Shown here: positions 28,168 through 37,278 of the stretch, piece by piece | Position numbering within the stretch: the stretch's first letter is position 1 | How the letters are laid out: each line of letters starts with the position of its first letter | From: a virus | Taxonomy: Duplodnaviria; Heunggongvirae; Uroviricota; Caudoviricetes | Reading direction: 5' to 3' (one strand) | Virus record (IMG/VR): IMGVR_UViG_2872698443_000007 | DNA: 37,278 bases | Translations under genes and position numbers: made by a program | The notes under the pieces: generated by a model | The model's database searches: none | What the model was told of the DNA's origin: nothing | The model's input: only the letters and a program-made list of their open reading frames with translations

Positions 28168-29040
28168 TTAAGCTCTCTTAATCAACCCCTTATGCGTTGC
28201 TTTGGTAAGATAAGCTAATTCTTTAGGCCCCTTATCTCTAAAGCCCACCCATTCTGGTTGGATTTTTATAAAACTTGGAATTGCGGTTGCCAAGGCTGTA
28301 ACCATACCGGGAATAATACCGCCTGAATAACCAGCAATAGCAGCATGGTACAACGGTTTTAAAAATTCCATAACCTGCCCACCATCTACTTCTGGATTGG
28401 CTTTGACTCCCATTCTGATAGGATTTCTCCATTTCCCTTCGATAGCTTTATCAAGATTAACTACAGCCTCTTGTAATAAAGAAAAATTTTTAGCCCTCGT
28501 TAGATTAGGGTCTCTAGAATAAAGGACTTCAGTATACAGTTTTTCTAAGTACTCATGTAACGCATTAAGATCATCCTGACAATCATCTTTAAAACGTAAT
28601 ATATCTTCTATATGAGCATCTTTATCAGGAATTCTCAGAACATTAAACAACTCCAATCTCAACTGAAGGGCCGTTTTCTGTTCTTTATCATATATTAAAT
28701 TTTCCCCTGTTTGATGAAAGTGCCAATAAGTAGCAGGCTCGTTCTTCCTGAATTCATCCAATGTCTGCAACTGAAATTCCGTATATAAAAATGGAAAGTC
28801 TTGGATATTCAGCATACCATCATGTTTCATAATAGGTCTACGTAATACCCCATTATCTAATAATTCTTTTTCTTTAGGCACAATCGAGTGAATATTTTCA
28901 CTATCTAGAATAACCACATCATCCCAGTAAAAGCAGAAATAATTAATATCCTGCTCAGTTAAACCTGCCCCAAGATAGACCGTACTATTATTTCTATGAA
29001 AACTCATTTCATTAGGATTAGCTACAATGCCACGTTTCAT
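28168..29040 (-). CDS. hypothetical cargo protein, function unknown (position of P2 tin/old)
   Basis: ~290 aa from the ATG at 29040 (AAGGAG ribosome-binding site 5 nt upstream): MKRGIVANPNEMSFHRNNSTVYLGAGLTEQ... Strongly AT-rich. C-terminal hydrophobic stretch GGIIPGMVTALATAIPSFI. No recognisable catalytic motif. Confidence 0.6.
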   Translation of the reverse strand: MKRGIVANPNEMSFHRNNSTVYLGAGLTEQDINYFCFYWDDVVILDSENIHSIVPKEKELLDNGVLRRPIMKHDGMLNIQDFPFLYTEFQLQTLDEFRKNEPATYWHFHQTGENLIYDKEQKTALQLRLELFNVLRIPDKDAHIEDILRFKDDCQDDLNALHEYLEKLYTEVLYSRDPNLTRAKNFSLLQEAVVNLDKAIEGKWRNPIRMGVKANPEVDGGQVMEFLKPLYHAAIAGYSGGIIPGMVTALATAIPSFIKIQPEWVGFRDKGPKELAYLTKATHKGLIKRA

Positions 29041-29251
29041 TCTTGCTCCTTGATAAGCATACACATTTTAAGAATGACATATATTCTAATAATTTCAATA
29101 CATTATGAGTTATAACTAAAAGTGCAGCATAGGTCTCGCCCTGATAGATAATCAAGTGATTACTGTCTTTTTACTTATGGTTAACGCCTCTCAAGGCTCG
29201 CGGTTCAACCTTGCTGACGCCAGAAGCAGGTTCAGACGCCAGCAACGTTTC

Positions 29252-29485
29252 TTAATGCAGCCAGCTGTCGTCTTCCCACACCTTCTGCATAATTTTCATC
29301 ACTTGTTTTCTTTCTTCGTCCAGTTGCAATCCGGTAAGTTCCACACCGTTAGAGCTACCTTTGCGGATACGAATTACCGTTTTGGGATACAGGGGGCGCA
29401 GATTGCGGTAAAGCTCGGATTCAAGGGCGTCCAGTGTAGACTGGCTAATCTTCTGCTCTTTATCGATCATTATTTCAATGCGCAT
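29252..29485 (-). CDS. DinI-family protein
   Basis: 77 aa from the ATG at 29485 (GAGGTG ribosome-binding site): MRIEIMIDKEQKISQSTLDALESELYRNLRPLYPKTVIRIR...WEDDSWLH, resembling DinI in length and pattern (MRIE..., acidic C-terminus with W). Confidence 0.7.
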   Translation of the reverse strand: MRIEIMIDKEQKISQSTLDALESELYRNLRPLYPKTVIRIRKGSSNGVELTGLQLDEERKQVMKIMQKVWEDDSWLH

Positions 29486-29495
29486 AAAAGTCACC

Positions 29496-29684
29496 TCAGC
29501 TGATGACATCCATTGAGCGGTTGTATTCGTGGGTTCTGATTTTTGCCATGAGTTCATCTGTCAGTTCAGAAACCCACTGCAGAGCCAGCCCCTTCTCTTC
29601 ATCACTACACTCACTAGCCGCTACAAGCTTAAGAAAAAAATCAATGCGCTGGAGCTTCAAAGACTCCAAAAAATAGTCCTGCAT
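29496..29684 (-). CDS. small protein, first gene of the LexA-controlled operon; candidate Tum-like antirepressor
   Basis: 62 aa, AGGAGG ribosome-binding site; directly downstream of a LexA box and upstream of the dinI-like gene. Confidence 0.5.
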   Translation of the reverse strand: MQDYFLESLKLQRIDFFLKLVAASECSDEEKGLALQWVSELTDELMAKIRTHEYNRSMDVIS

Positions 29685-29724
29685 CTTTCCTCCTATGACA
29701 CCAAAGCAATACTGTATACATAAC

Positions 29725-29744
29725 CACTGTTTATATTTACAGTA
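29725..29744. promoter_or_regulatory. LexA operator (SOS box)
   Basis: CACTGTTTATATTTACAGTA has CTGT-N8-ACAG with an AT-rich spacer, close to the consensus TACTGTATATATATACAGTA. Lies in the promoter region of the 62-aa/DinI-like operon. Confidence 0.7.
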
Positions 29745-29836
29745 TATAATAATCTTACTGATGTAAAACGTTTTTTTACGCTCATCAGCCTGATATGCCT
29801 GGTATTATTAAGAGCACGAATTGTTAACCCGCGTAA

Positions 29837-32251
29837 TTAATACAGGTTTCGCCACTTATCATCTTCCTGCAAACGCTGGTTCCGATAGAAGATACGCAGG
29901 CCTGCTCCTGACGGAATACTGCCGCCGCGAAGGAGTAAATCGACCTCTTTCTCGCTGCCATCAAATCCCCTGGACTTCAGTTCATACACGAGCTGCAGTC
30001 GCTGATGGTCTGTAATTCGCTGTTTGTAGTCTTTACGCCGTTTCGGTTTCACCAGGCGTAACCTTGCTGCCAGTTCCCGGCGCTCTTTTTTGCTCATACT
30101 GTGCAGGTAATCGTGCAACTCCTTGTCATCCATGCGGGTGATATCCGTTCTGGTATCTCCATCAGCTGATTTGTCTTTCCCTTGTTGGTACAAATTTTCA
30201 GCAAGGGGACAGTTATTGCCACGAGTCCAAGGGGCGCAAGCGCCCTGGTCGGCTGCCGCCTCCTGAACGTCAACGGCCTTACGAACCATTTTCCACTTCA
30301 CTGCATGAGTGCAGATCTTGCCCTCTGCAATGGGTGACCAGATGCCATAAATACGAATACCGTGATCACCATAGGCGGTCGGCTCTTCGTTGATTTCATA
30401 AGCGGTTCTGATCAAGTGATATTTGCGGGGAACCAACACGCCGCCCTGCTTCATAATGTAGGTGGCAAAACAGCCAGCATCAGCAGCAGCCAGAATGGCA
30501 TCAAGACGCGGATCATCCAGTACCGGCGCACCTGCTTTTTTGTCACCCTGCTGCCTTGCCGCCTGACCAGCCAGCAATCGCAGTTCACGGTAAGCCTGAC
30601 GCCCCGGAATGCCAAAGAAGCGGAATTGCTGAACACGATGCAGAGACGCCCAGGCATTAACGTATTCAGCGTTATCACGCAGGGATTTACCCGTTTCCTT
30701 GCTGATCTCGCCAGCCAGACCACGCCCGTCAATGTTCTTACTGATGTATTTCGCGATGTAGCTTGTCGGCGTTCCTTTGCGCGGGTTAATCAGCTCAGAC
30801 TTAAAGCGTGGCCCCGTGTTATTGCCCAGTTCCTCGCGGTCTTCACGGATGGCAAACTTACGCAGTAATGCAGTGATGGCGCGGCGGTCTTTTTTACGCA
30901 TGAAGCACATGAGATGCCAGTGCACAGTACCGTCATGATGCGGCTCAGCCACCCGCACGCCATACCACCGCAATCCGGCTTTGTGCATCGCCTTACGAAA
31001 TGCAGCAAACATGCCGACCAGATAATCACTGCTTTGTCTTACCGTCGCATTTGTCCAGGTCGGGTTTGGTCTGCCGTTATTGAGCGTGGAATGGAAACGT
31101 GACGGACAGGTGATGGTGTAGAAAACGGCGCAGTCACCGCGCATTTCCGCGATAAGCTCCAGACCTTTAACGCAGGCCATCATCTCATTGCGGCGATGTG
31201 CCGGGTTGCTGCTGCTGGCGTTTACCACATCTTCCATATCCAGCGTGTCTCCGTCTTCGTTCACCAGTTCATGAGAACGGAAAAACTCCAGCGACTTGCG
31301 GCGCTGCTCACGTTTATGCGTCACTGCTTCATAGCTGACATAGGGAGATGCTTTTTTGCTGACCAGACAGACAGCACGCAACTGCTCTTCCCGCCATTCG
31401 CAACGCATCTTCCACAATTTTCGATACCACCAGTCGGCGCAAAGCATACGTGCCAGCGAACCCGGTATGAGTTCATAGGGCACAGGTTTGCGGCGGTTTC
31501 TTTTCCGACGAAGTTTCTCAAACGCAGGCGGGATAACATCCAGACGCAGGGTTTCCGCAGCCACCTTTTCCCATGTCTTGCGGATTTCTTCTGGCTTAAC
31601 GTCATCGGTGGCGTACAAATCACCACAAGCGGCCTCAAGACACATGCTCATATGCGCTGCTACCAGGGTGGACAGGCGTTTCACCTGATCCTGGCTCATT
31701 TCAGGCAGGATCAGCAGCCCCTCCAGCCCTTGATGGCTTGCCATAAAACGGAAAGAAACAGATAGCTGACTGTCACGTACACAATCCAGTCGCTCCAGGC
31801 ATGGCTTAATCGTCTCACGCAAATAGCGGGAATAAGCCTTTGGCCTGCCCAGGCTGCTGAAGTATTCGATACGTTGCATCAGCGGCTTGCTGATATGAGA
31901 AGGCTGGGCGCTGACATCTGCCAGAATGACCATGTCCGGGTTAAAACGCTGCTGCTCATGCGCCAGCTTTGCCCGGCTAATGAGCTTATCCTGCTCCATT
32001 TCGCGCTGGACAGGATCACGGGATTCATTAAAGAAATAACGCTCCCAGACCTGCTCACTCAGTGCCTCGCGGCGCAGTTGTTCCTGCTCGTTATCGGCAG
32101 CGTACAGAGTGATCAGGTTTGAAAGTGCAGACTCCGGCGCAACTTCCGCCGGATCCAGATAAGGGTTAATGGCCTTTTTCGGGCCGTTCCATGAAAATGC
32201 TGCGGCAGCCTCGTTAAAGCCGCTAGAGTTGCTCATATCGTCATGACTCAT
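29837..32251 (-). CDS. A: replication initiation endonuclease A (rolling-circle)
   Basis: 804-aa protein in the early operon downstream of dam. Confidence 0.75.
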   Translation of the reverse strand: MSHDDMSNSSGFNEAAAAFSWNGPKKAINPYLDPAEVAPESALSNLITLYAADNEQEQLRREALSEQVWERYFFNESRDPVQREMEQDKLISRAKLAHEQQRFNPDMVILADVSAQPSHISKPLMQRIEYFSSLGRPKAYSRYLRETIKPCLERLDCVRDSQLSVSFRFMASHQGLEGLLILPEMSQDQVKRLSTLVAAHMSMCLEAACGDLYATDDVKPEEIRKTWEKVAAETLRLDVIPPAFEKLRRKRNRRKPVPYELIPGSLARMLCADWWYRKLWKMRCEWREEQLRAVCLVSKKASPYVSYEAVTHKREQRRKSLEFFRSHELVNEDGDTLDMEDVVNASSSNPAHRRNEMMACVKGLELIAEMRGDCAVFYTITCPSRFHSTLNNGRPNPTWTNATVRQSSDYLVGMFAAFRKAMHKAGLRWYGVRVAEPHHDGTVHWHLMCFMRKKDRRAITALLRKFAIREDREELGNNTGPRFKSELINPRKGTPTSYIAKYISKNIDGRGLAGEISKETGKSLRDNAEYVNAWASLHRVQQFRFFGIPGRQAYRELRLLAGQAARQQGDKKAGAPVLDDPRLDAILAAADAGCFATYIMKQGGVLVPRKYHLIRTAYEINEEPTAYGDHGIRIYGIWSPIAEGKICTHAVKWKMVRKAVDVQEAAADQGACAPWTRGNNCPLAENLYQQGKDKSADGDTRTDITRMDDKELHDYLHSMSKKERRELAARLRLVKPKRRKDYKQRITDHQRLQLVYELKSRGFDGSEKEVDLLLRGGSIPSGAGLRIFYRNQRLQEDDKWRNLY

Positions 32252-33105
32252 ACACGCACCTCGTACACAGCAGAACTATCCACGCCACGCGAAGGATCAA
32301 ATCCCATCCAGCAGCGCGCCCCGGAAACAGCAATGATTTCTGTTGCAGATTTACTCTCGCCAGCTGACACGCCGATGCTGCGTTTTGCCTTGATGTAGTG
32401 GTGAGTGAAATTGCGATACAGCGAACGGATCAGGGATGTGTCACTGTTAGAAACAATGACCGGATGACCTTCTGATGATCGATATTCAAGAACGGATGCC
32501 AGGTGATACTGGTCATCTTCAGTGAAGCCGTCAGTGTGATAACCGGAAAACGTGCCGTCATACGGCGGATCGCAATACACCACATCCCCCGCCTTCAACA
32601 TCGCCAGCGTTTCATCAAAGCTGGCGCAGATAAACGTTGCTCGCTGGGCCTTTTCTGCAAATGCGTGAATTTCTTTTTCAGGGAAATACGGATTTTTATA
32701 ATTACCGTAGGGAATGTTGAAATGCCCGCTCTTGTTATAGCGACATAAACCACGGTAACCGTGACGATTGAGATACAGGAAATATACCGCTTTCATGAAA
32801 TCAGTAATTTCAGTTGAGTAATTAAACTCCTGCCTTATGTTGTAATAAGCTAGGTCACTGTTTGCTTCCTCAAACAAAGTTCTGGTCCGCGATATAAACG
32901 CCTCGCAATCAGCGGCAATCTTTTTATAGAGGTTGATTAAATCAGGATTAATATCCGCAACCAGATAGCTGGGGTAATCCGTCTCCATCATCACAGCACA
33001 GGAACCCGCGAAAGGTTCAACCAGTCGCGGGCCAGCAGGTAGGTATTTTTTCAGTTCGGACATAATTGCGGTTTTATTTCCCGCCCATTTCAGGATGGTG
33101 CTCAT
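32248..33105 (-). CDS. DNA N6-adenine methyltransferase (Dam-like, alpha class)
   Basis: Start at the internal [11 protein letters not shown]...; motif I PFAGSCAV and catalytic DPPY (VYCDPPY) visible. Confidence 0.8.
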   Translation of the reverse strand: MSTILKWAGNKTAIMSELKKYLPAGPRLVEPFAGSCAVMMETDYPSYLVADINPDLINLYKKIAADCEAFISRTRTLFEEANSDLAYYNIRQEFNYSTEITDFMKAVYFLYLNRHGYRGLCRYNKSGHFNIPYGNYKNPYFPEKEIHAFAEKAQRATFICASFDETLAMLKAGDVVYCDPPYDGTFSGYHTDGFTEDDQYHLASVLEYRSSEGHPVIVSNSDTSLIRSLYRNFTHHYIKAKRSIGVSAGESKSATEIIAVSGARCWMGFDPSRGVDSSAVYEVRV

Positions 33106-33329
33106 ACAGCACCTCCGTTGTAATGTTTGCCTTTCAGCTCTGCGATTTCCTGACAGGTAATGCAAAGCTGCACTCCAGGAATGGCACGGCGGCGTGCTGG
33201 CGGAATTGGTGCTTCACATTCAATGCAAAGCACGCGAGACACGCCCGGTGTTTTGGCACGGGCAGCACGGATATGGCGCTGGCGTTCTTCTTCAACGCGC
33301 TGCTGTACGAGATCCATTGCATCAGCCAT
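33102..33329 (-). CDS. TraR/DksA-family C4 zinc-finger protein
   Basis: 75 aa; CIECEAPIP...CITCQ four-cysteine finger. Confidence 0.7.
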   Translation of the reverse strand: MADAMDLVQQRVEEERQRHIRAARAKTPGVSRVLCIECEAPIPPARRRAIPGVQLCITCQEIAELKGKHYNGGAV

Positions 33330-33568
33330 TAGTGGATCTCCTGCGCTTCGTTCTGGATTGCTTCAGCGGTCACACGCAGCAGTTCTGCTGCTTCGACGTG
33401 GTTTAGCTGGCGGGATGTGATATGACACGCCAGGCTATCAAGGCGGGCAGCCATTGCCTCAGCCCTTGCCCGACGTTCTTCAAGTCGGGCCTCTGTCAGT
33501 AAAAGATTAAGACCTGCATCATCCGGTCCGGTTTTAGTCGTGAGGGTTTCAATATTACGCATAATCAA
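33329..33568 (-). CDS. small early-region protein, unknown function
   Basis: 79-aa ORF, start/stop coupled to the neighbour (ATG overlapping the upstream stop). Confidence 0.5.
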   Translation of the reverse strand: MIMRNIETLTTKTGPDDAGLNLLLTEARLEERRARAEAMAARLDSLACHITSRQLNHVEAAELLRVTAEAIQNEAQEIH

Positions 33569-33629
33569 TTCTCCTGAATTTAGATAAAGGGATGCCCGGC
33601 GGGTTTACGCCATGAATTTTATTTATTGG

Positions 33630-33971
33630 TTAATTCGGCATGGTTAGCCGTCTGGGAAATAAGCTCACCACTGCACGAAAATGATTCATTGCTTTAATCA
33701 ACTCCCGCTTTTCGTCAGTGGTCAGCTCATTAATGCTGATGCTATGACGTTCAGCTGGAATTTTTGCCATAAAGAATATGGCAGCCAGTGCTCGTTTATT
33801 TTGTTCGTTATTGATATCCCGTGGATCACGCATATCTTTAATAAACCGCTCAAGCTCTGACTCAATATTCAGGCCAAATACTTTCGCCCTTAACTCCGCA
33901 ATGTGATTAAGTCCATTCAGGCGTTCACCGGGGCTTAATGGAACAGTCGCCGCAGCGCCATTAATTGCCAT
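33630..33971 (-). CDS. early-region protein, unknown function
   Basis: 113-aa ORF in the same orientation as the early operon. Confidence 0.5.
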   Translation of the reverse strand: MAINGAAATVPLSPGERLNGLNHIAELRAKVFGLNIESELERFIKDMRDPRDINNEQNKRALAAIFFMAKIPAERHSISINELTTDEKRELIKAMNHFRAVVSLFPRRLTMPN

Positions 33972-33993
33972 AATTCATATCCCCAAAACGCAA

Positions 33994-34218
33994 CTATCGT
34001 TCTTTGTTCTTACGGTAACGTTCAAGAGGAGATACATTTTTTCGTATCGTTTCTTTAACCTGCTCTCCCCGTAAAAACGTCCCATCCCTTAGCGTGAAAA
34101 AGTAACTGCCATCGCCCGACAACGACGGATAACAACAGAGCAAATCATCTTCAGGTACTGAATAACTCTCCCCTCTGTAACGAAACTGATAAACCACTTC
34201 ACTTTCCGCTGCATACAT
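33994..34218 (-). CDS. small early-region protein, unknown function
   Basis: 74-aa aromatic-rich ORF; overlapped out of frame by ORF 34089-34415. Confidence 0.4.
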   Translation of the reverse strand: MYAAESEVVYQFRYRGESYSVPEDDLLCCYPSLSGDGSYFFTLRDGTFLRGEQVKETIRKNVSPLERYRKNKER

Positions 34219-34392
34219 TTTGACTTTCTCCGTTTCCTCGTGGTCAATTCAGACAGCAATTCATCTTGTGAATGACATGGATGCCAGCGTTTACCATCCT
34301 CACCCATGATCCAGCCGTGACCGTAGTGCATTGCCGGGCTTTGTTTTACCAGCAGCGATGCAAATGATGGTTCTTTCGTCAGCATAAGCACC

Positions 34393-34908
34393 TCACAGCA
34401 AACCGAATGAAGCACCGAGGCCAGTCACGGTATCAACTGCACTCGCCATCGCAGGATTAGCCTGTAAACGGGCCTGCAATGAAACAGCAGCCAACGCCAT
34501 CAGTCGTGTAACAGAGTTAATGCTGCTGATCGCATCACGACGGCCTGCACTGGTTTTTACATCGCCAGATACCGCACCTGCAGCAACACGCCCGATCTCT
34601 GCGGTTGCACTCATGACGTAATGTGGCAGTTTCTCTTTTGCCACCTCATTAATCGGTACACATGGCAGACAATGAATCTGTGCCAGAAAACCATCTACCA
34701 GCGTTGAATCTTCAGTCAGATCGGTAAGCAGCCAGATTTCTGGTGCGGTTAATAAATGAGGTTGAGCTGGGTTCAGCTTGTTCCGCAGAATCTGCACATT
34801 CATGCCAGCACGTTCTGCCAGTTGCACCAGGTTGTGGCGCAATGCGAATGCACGACAGGCTTCATCAAAATGTGGATGTTTGGAAACTTGGTAATCAAAC
34901 ATGGTCAA
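34393..34908 (-). CDS. cII: CII-like transcriptional activator (lysogeny establishment)
   Basis: 171 aa, [47 protein letters not shown]... with an N-terminal helix-turn-helix. Resembles my recollection of 186 CII (169 aa), placing this phage on the 186 side of the P2/186 family. Confidence 0.6.
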   Translation of the reverse strand: MTMFDYQVSKHPHFDEACRAFALRHNLVQLAERAGMNVQILRNKLNPAQPHLLTAPEIWLLTDLTEDSTLVDGFLAQIHCLPCVPINEVAKEKLPHYVMSATAEIGRVAAGAVSGDVKTSAGRRDAISSINSVTRLMALAAVSLQARLQANPAMASAVDTVTGLGASFGLL

Positions 34909-34934
34909 TGCCTCTGATGTATCTCAGAATCGAA

Positions 34935-35156
34935 CTAATTAAGGTTTAGATTGCATTCTGAAAGCGCATCAACGGTCATTGCTGCTATGTTGATCATCAC
35001 TTTTTCGCGTTTTTTATCTTTGCGCAGACGGTGACGGATAAGGCGTCCATCAGCCAACATGTCATTGATGGTATCGATGGATAGCCCTGTCAGCTCGCTA
35101 TAGCGTTCAATAGTCACATGAGGCGTGGTAAGAGTGATTGAAATGTTAGGTCTCAT
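34935..35156 (-). CDS. apl: Apl/Cox-like excisionase and lytic-switch regulator
   Basis: 73-aa helix-turn-helix protein, first gene of the early lytic operon, divergent from the repressor. Confidence 0.6.
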   Translation of the reverse strand: MRPNISITLTTPHVTIERYSELTGLSIDTINDMLADGRLIRHRLRKDKKREKVMINIAAMTVDALSECNLNLN

Positions 35157-35275
35157 GATGCAACATTCCTCGTTTAATGATGATTAATCAGGACGAATAC
35201 GGATCGTTTGTATTTTGTGAACACCATAAACATACGATCGCACAGTGAAATCGTCAAGATAAAAGTTCACTTGGA

Positions 35276-35851
35276 GTGACCATGAATTTGGAGAAAGGCG
35301 GACGAGGCGCTATAGAGCGCATGGTAGAAGCTTATGGATTCAAGACTCGACAGGCGTTGTGCGATCATTTAGGAATCTCTAAAAGTACACTCGCCACACG
35401 CTACATGCGTGACTCATTCCCAGCAGAATGGGTAATCCAGTGCGCCCTTGAAACAGGCACCTCGCTTAATTGGCTCACAACCGGGCATGGTTCAAAGCAA
35501 ACTTCAGGTAATACAAATACTATGGAAGTTGCTAAATATGTATTATCTGATGGGGCCTTGTGTGAAGACGGTTTTTATATTTTCGATAGAGAATTTCTAC
35601 CGTCGGCATTCAAGAATCTTTTTGTAATCACAGATAATAATTCTGAATTTATTTGTGATAAGGAATTTGATGATATACGTGATGGTAAATGGGTAATAAG
35701 TATTGATGGCGAAATAACGATCCGTGACATTACTCGTTTACCCGGTGGAAGAATCTTCGTCGAGGGTGGAAACAGAGCCTTCGAATGCAAGATAGAAGAC
35801 ATTGAAATAATTGGTAAAATTATAAGTTTAACAGTCAAGTATGTTAAATAG
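35276..35851 (+). CDS. cI: immunity repressor CI
   Basis: 191 aa with N-terminal helix-turn-helix (...LCDHLGISKSTLATRYMRD...); divergent from apl and upstream of int, as in 186. Confidence 0.7.
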   Translation: MTMNLEKGGRGAIERMVEAYGFKTRQALCDHLGISKSTLATRYMRDSFPAEWVIQCALETGTSLNWLTTGHGSKQTSGNTNTMEVAKYVLSDGALCEDGFYIFDREFLPSAFKNLFVITDNNSEFICDKEFDDIRDGKWVISIDGEITIRDITRLPGGRIFVEGGNRAFECKIEDIEIIGKIISLTVKYVK

Positions 35852-35866
35852 TACCGGGAGGAAATT

Positions 35867-36058
35867 ATGCTTGGTAAGGTATTTTTTGTGGTTTTGTCAT
35901 GTTCTTTGTTATTAAACCCACTAGCTACCTATGCTAGAAATTATCCCTGCTCAGGGAAAAAGGGAGGTGTTTCTCACTGTACCTCTGATGGCAAATTCGT
36001 TTGCAATGATGGAACTATTAGTAAATCCAAAAAAATCTGTACTAAAAACTCACGATAA
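35867..36058 (+). CDS. small secreted cysteine-containing protein (moron between cI and int)
   Basis: 63 aa; predicted signal peptide [23 protein letters not shown]; ~40-aa mature part with four Cys and many Lys; GGAGG ribosome-binding site upstream. Confidence 0.5.
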   Translation: MLGKVFFVVLSCSLLLNPLATYARNYPCSGKKGGVSHCTSDGKFVCNDGTISKSKKICTKNSR

Positions 36059-36246
36059 CTTTTGCTTTTATATCTGCGCCTAAAATAAAAATGAGCCACA
36101 GGTTAACCGCAAAAGTTACATGCTCACATAGCAAAAAGAATAGCCTACTTCATTATGGCTTCAGTGAGATGTATGGTCGCAGGATTTCATACATTGACAC
36201 TGGTTATACATACAGTAAAAATGCTCTCTATTGGAGGGCATTTTTT

Positions 36247-37278
36247 ATGGCTGTACGAAAACTCACCACAGGAAAATGGCTTTGCGAATGTTACCCCGCC
36301 GGACGTAGTGGGCGTCGTGTGCGTAAACAATTCGCCACCAAAGGCGAAGCACTGGCTTTTGAGCGTCACACGATGGAAGAAACCGAAGCAAAGCCCTGGC
36401 TGGGTGAATCAGTGGATCGTCGAACACTGAAAGACGTGGTTGAGCTATGGTTCAAACTACATGGTAAATCACTGACTGCTGGGCAGCATGTCTATGACAA
36501 ATTGCTGCTGATGGTTGACGCTCTGGGCAATCCCCTTGCAACTGATCTCACATCTAAAATGTTTGCCCACTATCGAGATAAACGCCTGACAGGTGAGATC
36601 TACTTCAGCGAGAAATGGAAGAAAGGAGCAAGCCCGGTCACCATTAACCTGGAGCAAAGCTATCTAAGTAGTGTTTTTAGCGAACTATCCCGCCTGGGCG
36701 AATGGTCGTATCCGAACCCACTGGAGAACATGCGAAAATTCACCATCGCAGAAAAAGAGATGGCATGGCTTACCCATGAGCAGATTGTTGAATTGCTGGC
36801 TGATTGCAAACGTCAGGACCCAATTCTGGCACTGGTAGTTAAGATATGCTTAAGCACAGGCGCACGTTGGCGTGAAGCCGTAAATCTTACCCGCTCACAG
36901 GTGACCAAATACCGAATTACCTTTGTAAGAACGAAGGGGAAGAAAAACAGAAGCATCCCTATCAGTAAAGAGCTTTACGAAGAGATCATGGCGCTTGATG
37001 GGTTCAATTTCTTTACAGACTGCTATTTTCAATTTTTATCCGTGATGGAAAAAACGTCTATCGTGCTCCCTCGCGGTCAACTGACACACGTTCTGCGCCA
37101 TACGTTTGCGGCGCACTTCATGATGTCGGGTGGAAATATCCTGGCCTTACAAAAAATTCTCGGGCATCACGATATAAAAATGACTATGCGTTACGCACAT
37201 CTGGCACCGGATCACCTGGAAACTGCATTACGGTTTAATCCGCTGGCAACACTACCAACATCAATAGCAAGTTTTTGA
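36247..37278 (+). CDS. int: tyrosine integrase
   Basis: 343 aa from MAVRKLTTGKWLCECYPAGRSG...; C-terminus has the R...HxxR...Y catalytic pattern (...VLRHTFAAHFM...MTMRYAHL). Stop at 37276-37278 is the last codon in the window. Confidence 0.85.
   Translation: MAVRKLTTGKWLCECYPAGRSGRRVRKQFATKGEALAFERHTMEETEAKPWLGESVDRRTLKDVVELWFKLHGKSLTAGQHVYDKLLLMVDALGNPLATDLTSKMFAHYRDKRLTGEIYFSEKWKKGASPVTINLEQSYLSSVFSELSRLGEWSYPNPLENMRKFTIAEKEMAWLTHEQIVELLADCKRQDPILALVVKICLSTGARWREAVNLTRSQVTKYRITFVRTKGKKNRSIPISKELYEEIMALDGFNFFTDCYFQFLSVMEKTSIVLPRGQLTHVLRHTFAAHFMMSGGNILALQKILGHHDIKMTMRYAHLAPDHLETALRFNPLATLPTSIASF

Noticed and set aside
35157-35275. Operator repeats in the apl-cI switch region
   Set aside because: Partial dyad symmetry around GATCG...CGATC is visible, but I cannot define repressor operators convincingly by eye.
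1-37278. CRISPR arrays, tRNA or rRNA genes
   Set aside because: No regularly spaced direct repeats and no tRNA-like structure seen in any intergenic region.

Overview
The window is an E. coli-type enterobacterial chromosome segment carrying a complete 186/P2-like (peduovirus) prophage. The left ~3.7 kb is host DNA: grxA split by a 1057-bp IS903-family insertion sequence with a 9-bp target duplication, then ybjM and ybjL. From ~3.9 kb to the window end lies the prophage, running ogr, D-U-T-E-FII-FI, a Gin/Hin-family invertase with an invertible tail-fibre segment, H-I-J-W-V-S-R, the lysis cassette, X-L-M-N-O, divergent P-Q, an AT-rich cargo region, a LexA-boxed tum-like operon, A, dam, CII/Apl/CI and int. 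The most interesting part is the AT-rich cargo around a putative cos site (26.0-29.1 kb), at the position where P2 carries tin/old. It encodes two uncharacterised proteins: a ~590-aa protein with an N-terminal Mrr-type PD-(D/E)xK nuclease signature, and a ~290-aa protein with no recognisable motifs. These are the best candidates for an undescribed anti-phage system. All assignments come from reading the translations and the DNA by eye; no database search was run.
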